DNA of 64,000 nucleotides. It comes from Escherichia phage phiEC1. The translations under genes were made by a program, and so were the position numbers. The notes below the pieces were generated by a model that ran no database searches, was not told where the DNA came from, and was given only the letters and a program-made list of their open reading frames with translations. The stretch lies in the sequence record KY608965.1; one strand, given 5' to 3'. Each line of letters starts with the position of its first letter. The stretch's first letter is position 1. Below are positions 62,370-64,000 of the stretch, piece after piece.

Positions 62370-62782
62370 TATTGCCCCGCTTCAAATTCTCGCATATCTT
62401 GGATATGTTTAAGTGCAAAACTACGAGACTTAACTGCGTCAAGTGCACCACTACAGAACTCAAGTAAAATTCCCCAGTATTGTAAAGTAGTCTCTATTTT
62501 AAGCACATCTTTATCTGCGGCCAGGACAGTTTTCATTTCAGATTTCTCATATCGGTCCATACTGAATTCATCACCATCACCTCGTCCCGAGTAGTAGTCT
62601 AATCTTGCTTTTAGAGCAGTTTTCTTCTGAGTCTCTATACGCAACATTTCTTTACGAATAAATGAGTGCTTACGTAGCCATTTGCTGTATAACTTAACAT
62701 TATTCGCCGTCTCATATTGCAACTTTGTCGTATCAATAGCTAAGTCTGCGTCTAACTCTTCCTGTAAATCTTCCAGCTTCAT
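62369..62782 (-). CDS. uvsY: Recombination mediator UvsY
   Basis: Start at ATG 62782 (MKLEDLQEEL); 137 aa; LKARLDYYSGRGDGDEFSMDRYEKSEMKTVL matches remembered T4 UvsY. Confidence 0.9.
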   Translation of the reverse strand: MKLEDLQEELDADLAIDTTKLQYETANNVKLYSKWLRKHSFIRKEMLRIETQKKTALKARLDYYSGRGDGDEFSMDRYEKSEMKTVLAADKDVLKIETTLQYWGILLEFCSGALDAVKSRSFALKHIQDMREFEAGQ

Positions 62783-62862
62783 AATGTTCTCTCTTTTAAC
62801 TAATAATCTCCCGGCTGTATCGGAAGGACCTAAAACCATTATACATAGGTTGCCTTGAAGCA

Positions 62863-63261
62863 TTACACTCTATTGCTTGATGCTAACTGAAGTTTGATTT
62901 GTTCGATATCATCAGGGTTATCTACGACCGAAAATCTAATCTCTACTATAACTGTATAGTCATCATATACTGGCATTACACTTACAGAAAGTTTGTCGAT
63001 GCGCGGCTCATAGTTACGGACGGCTGCCTGGATATTACGCTCAATCGTATCAGCTGTAAGTGGTGTCATGTTCTCGAAAAGTTCATCAACCAAATCGCAT
63101 CCAAATTCAGGGTCGAAGGGGCGTGAGCCTTTTCTAGTTGTCACTATACCAAGAAGACTATTTTTAATAGAACGAAGTCCTACAGAACGAGCAACGTCCT
63201 TGTTCCAATCCATACGCATTTCTGGGTCGATATCTGAATAAAGTTTATTGATATTAGACAT
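62863..63261 (-). CDS. 25: Baseplate wedge protein gp25
   Basis: 132 aa; MSNINKLYSDIDPEMRMDWNKDVARS...IEQIKLQLASSNRV matches remembered T4 gp25. Confidence 0.9.
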   Translation of the reverse strand: MSNINKLYSDIDPEMRMDWNKDVARSVGLRSIKNSLLGIVTTRKGSRPFDPEFGCDLVDELFENMTPLTADTIERNIQAAVRNYEPRIDKLSVSVMPVYDDYTVIVEIRFSVVDNPDDIEQIKLQLASSNRV

Positions 63262-63887
63262 TATAGTAACTCAAAGAATTCTTTGAGGCCTCGTATTGTG
63301 TGAACGTGTGACGCCCCACATTTGGGACATTTAATAGGCGTTGCCAGATAAATTGATGGCGATACCAAAAGATTTTTAATATTGATCATGTCATCTTCTG
63401 TTATAAGGCCGTAAAGGTCGTTTATTTCGGCTTCAGTTAAATCTTCAACAGGGATGGACTCTCCATTGACAAAAACGGCCTCAATACATGAAGCAATCAT
63501 TAATGCGATATTTTTATCGTCAAATAATTTAGGTTGGCGGAACTTAATTTTAATACCACTAAACGAATACCAGGGATCGGCCTGTTCATCCAATTGAGTA
63601 TGCAATAAATTCATATAGACTTGAAATGAATGCCCACAGGAACAATTCCAGGTGTGTTCTTGATTCACTTCACCTAACGAATGTGCCCACAGATTTACCA
63701 ACAATAGCTCGGCTTCTTGTTTAGTCAAGTTTTTAGCATTAGAGCAATTAGTGATAATATTGTTCACTGCTGATTCAATAGTACCGGTAGCCCGCGCACC
63801 TATGAGTCCTAAATATTCTTTTAAAGTAAAGGCTCTACAATTCACTTCTTTATCGCCTAAACGTACGGTAAACGTATATTTGTACAT
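63261..63887 (-). CDS. 26: Baseplate hub subunit gp26
   Basis: 208 aa, same length as T4 gp26; divergent from gene 51. Confidence 0.8.
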   Translation of the reverse strand: MYKYTFTVRLGDKEVNCRAFTLKEYLGLIGARATGTIESAVNNIITNCSNAKNLTKQEAELLLVNLWAHSLGEVNQEHTWNCSCGHSFQVYMNLLHTQLDEQADPWYSFSGIKIKFRQPKLFDDKNIALMIASCIEAVFVNGESIPVEDLTEAEINDLYGLITEDDMINIKNLLVSPSIYLATPIKCPKCGASHVHTIRGLKEFFELL

Positions 63888-63905
63888 GTTAACTCCTTTA
63901 TTGTT

Positions 63906-63913
63906 TATTTATA
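63906..63913 (-). promoter_or_regulatory. T4-type late promoter TATAAATA for gene 26
   Basis: tatttata on plus, about 20 nt upstream of the gene 26 ATG. Confidence 0.5.
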
Positions 63914-63917
63914 AATA
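63910..63917 (+). promoter_or_regulatory. T4-type late promoter TATAAATA for gene 51
   Basis: TATAAATA overlapping the minus-strand motif; 18 nt upstream of the gene 51 ATG. Confidence 0.5.
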
Positions 63918-63934
63918 ATAGAAAAGGAGTAATT

Positions 63935-64000
63935 ATGGCTAATATAATTCGTTGTAAATTACCGGATGGTGTTCATCGTTTCAAGCCGTTCACCGTGGCG
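63935..64000 (+). CDS. 51: Baseplate hub assembly protein gp51, N-terminal fragment (runs off window end)
   Basis: ATG at 63935 after AAGGAG; [22 protein letters not shown]; divergent from gene 26 as in T4. Confidence 0.7.

Overview
This window is a T4-like (T-even, Tevenvirinae-type) phage genome segment; calls rest on reading the six-frame translations against remembered T4 proteins, not on any database search. Bases 1-25600 are an early/accessory region transcribed almost entirely on the minus strand: rI, tk, a regB-like gene, a GrcA-like glycyl-radical cofactor, denV, lysozyme e, nudE, capsid-targeted internal proteins, a block of small hypothetical genes, two canonical tRNAs, then ipI-57B-57A-1-3-2-4. 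Bases 25600-56560 are the plus-strand late morphogenesis block, colinear with T4 genes 53, 5 through 13, 14 through 24. The right end carries rnlB, hoc, inh (minus), uvsW (plus), uvsY-25-26 (minus) and the start of gene 51. Departures from the T4 layout are the most interesting content: a GIY-YIG homing endonuclease wedged between genes 13 and 14, no seg-like ORF at the T4 segD or segE positions, extra internal-protein genes around denV, a macro-domain protein, a nucleotidyltransferase-fold protein fused in an operon with a membrane protein, and about 14 copies of a promoter-plus-stem-loop cassette (PeSL-like) punctuating the early region. No CRISPR array, rRNA or integrase was seen.
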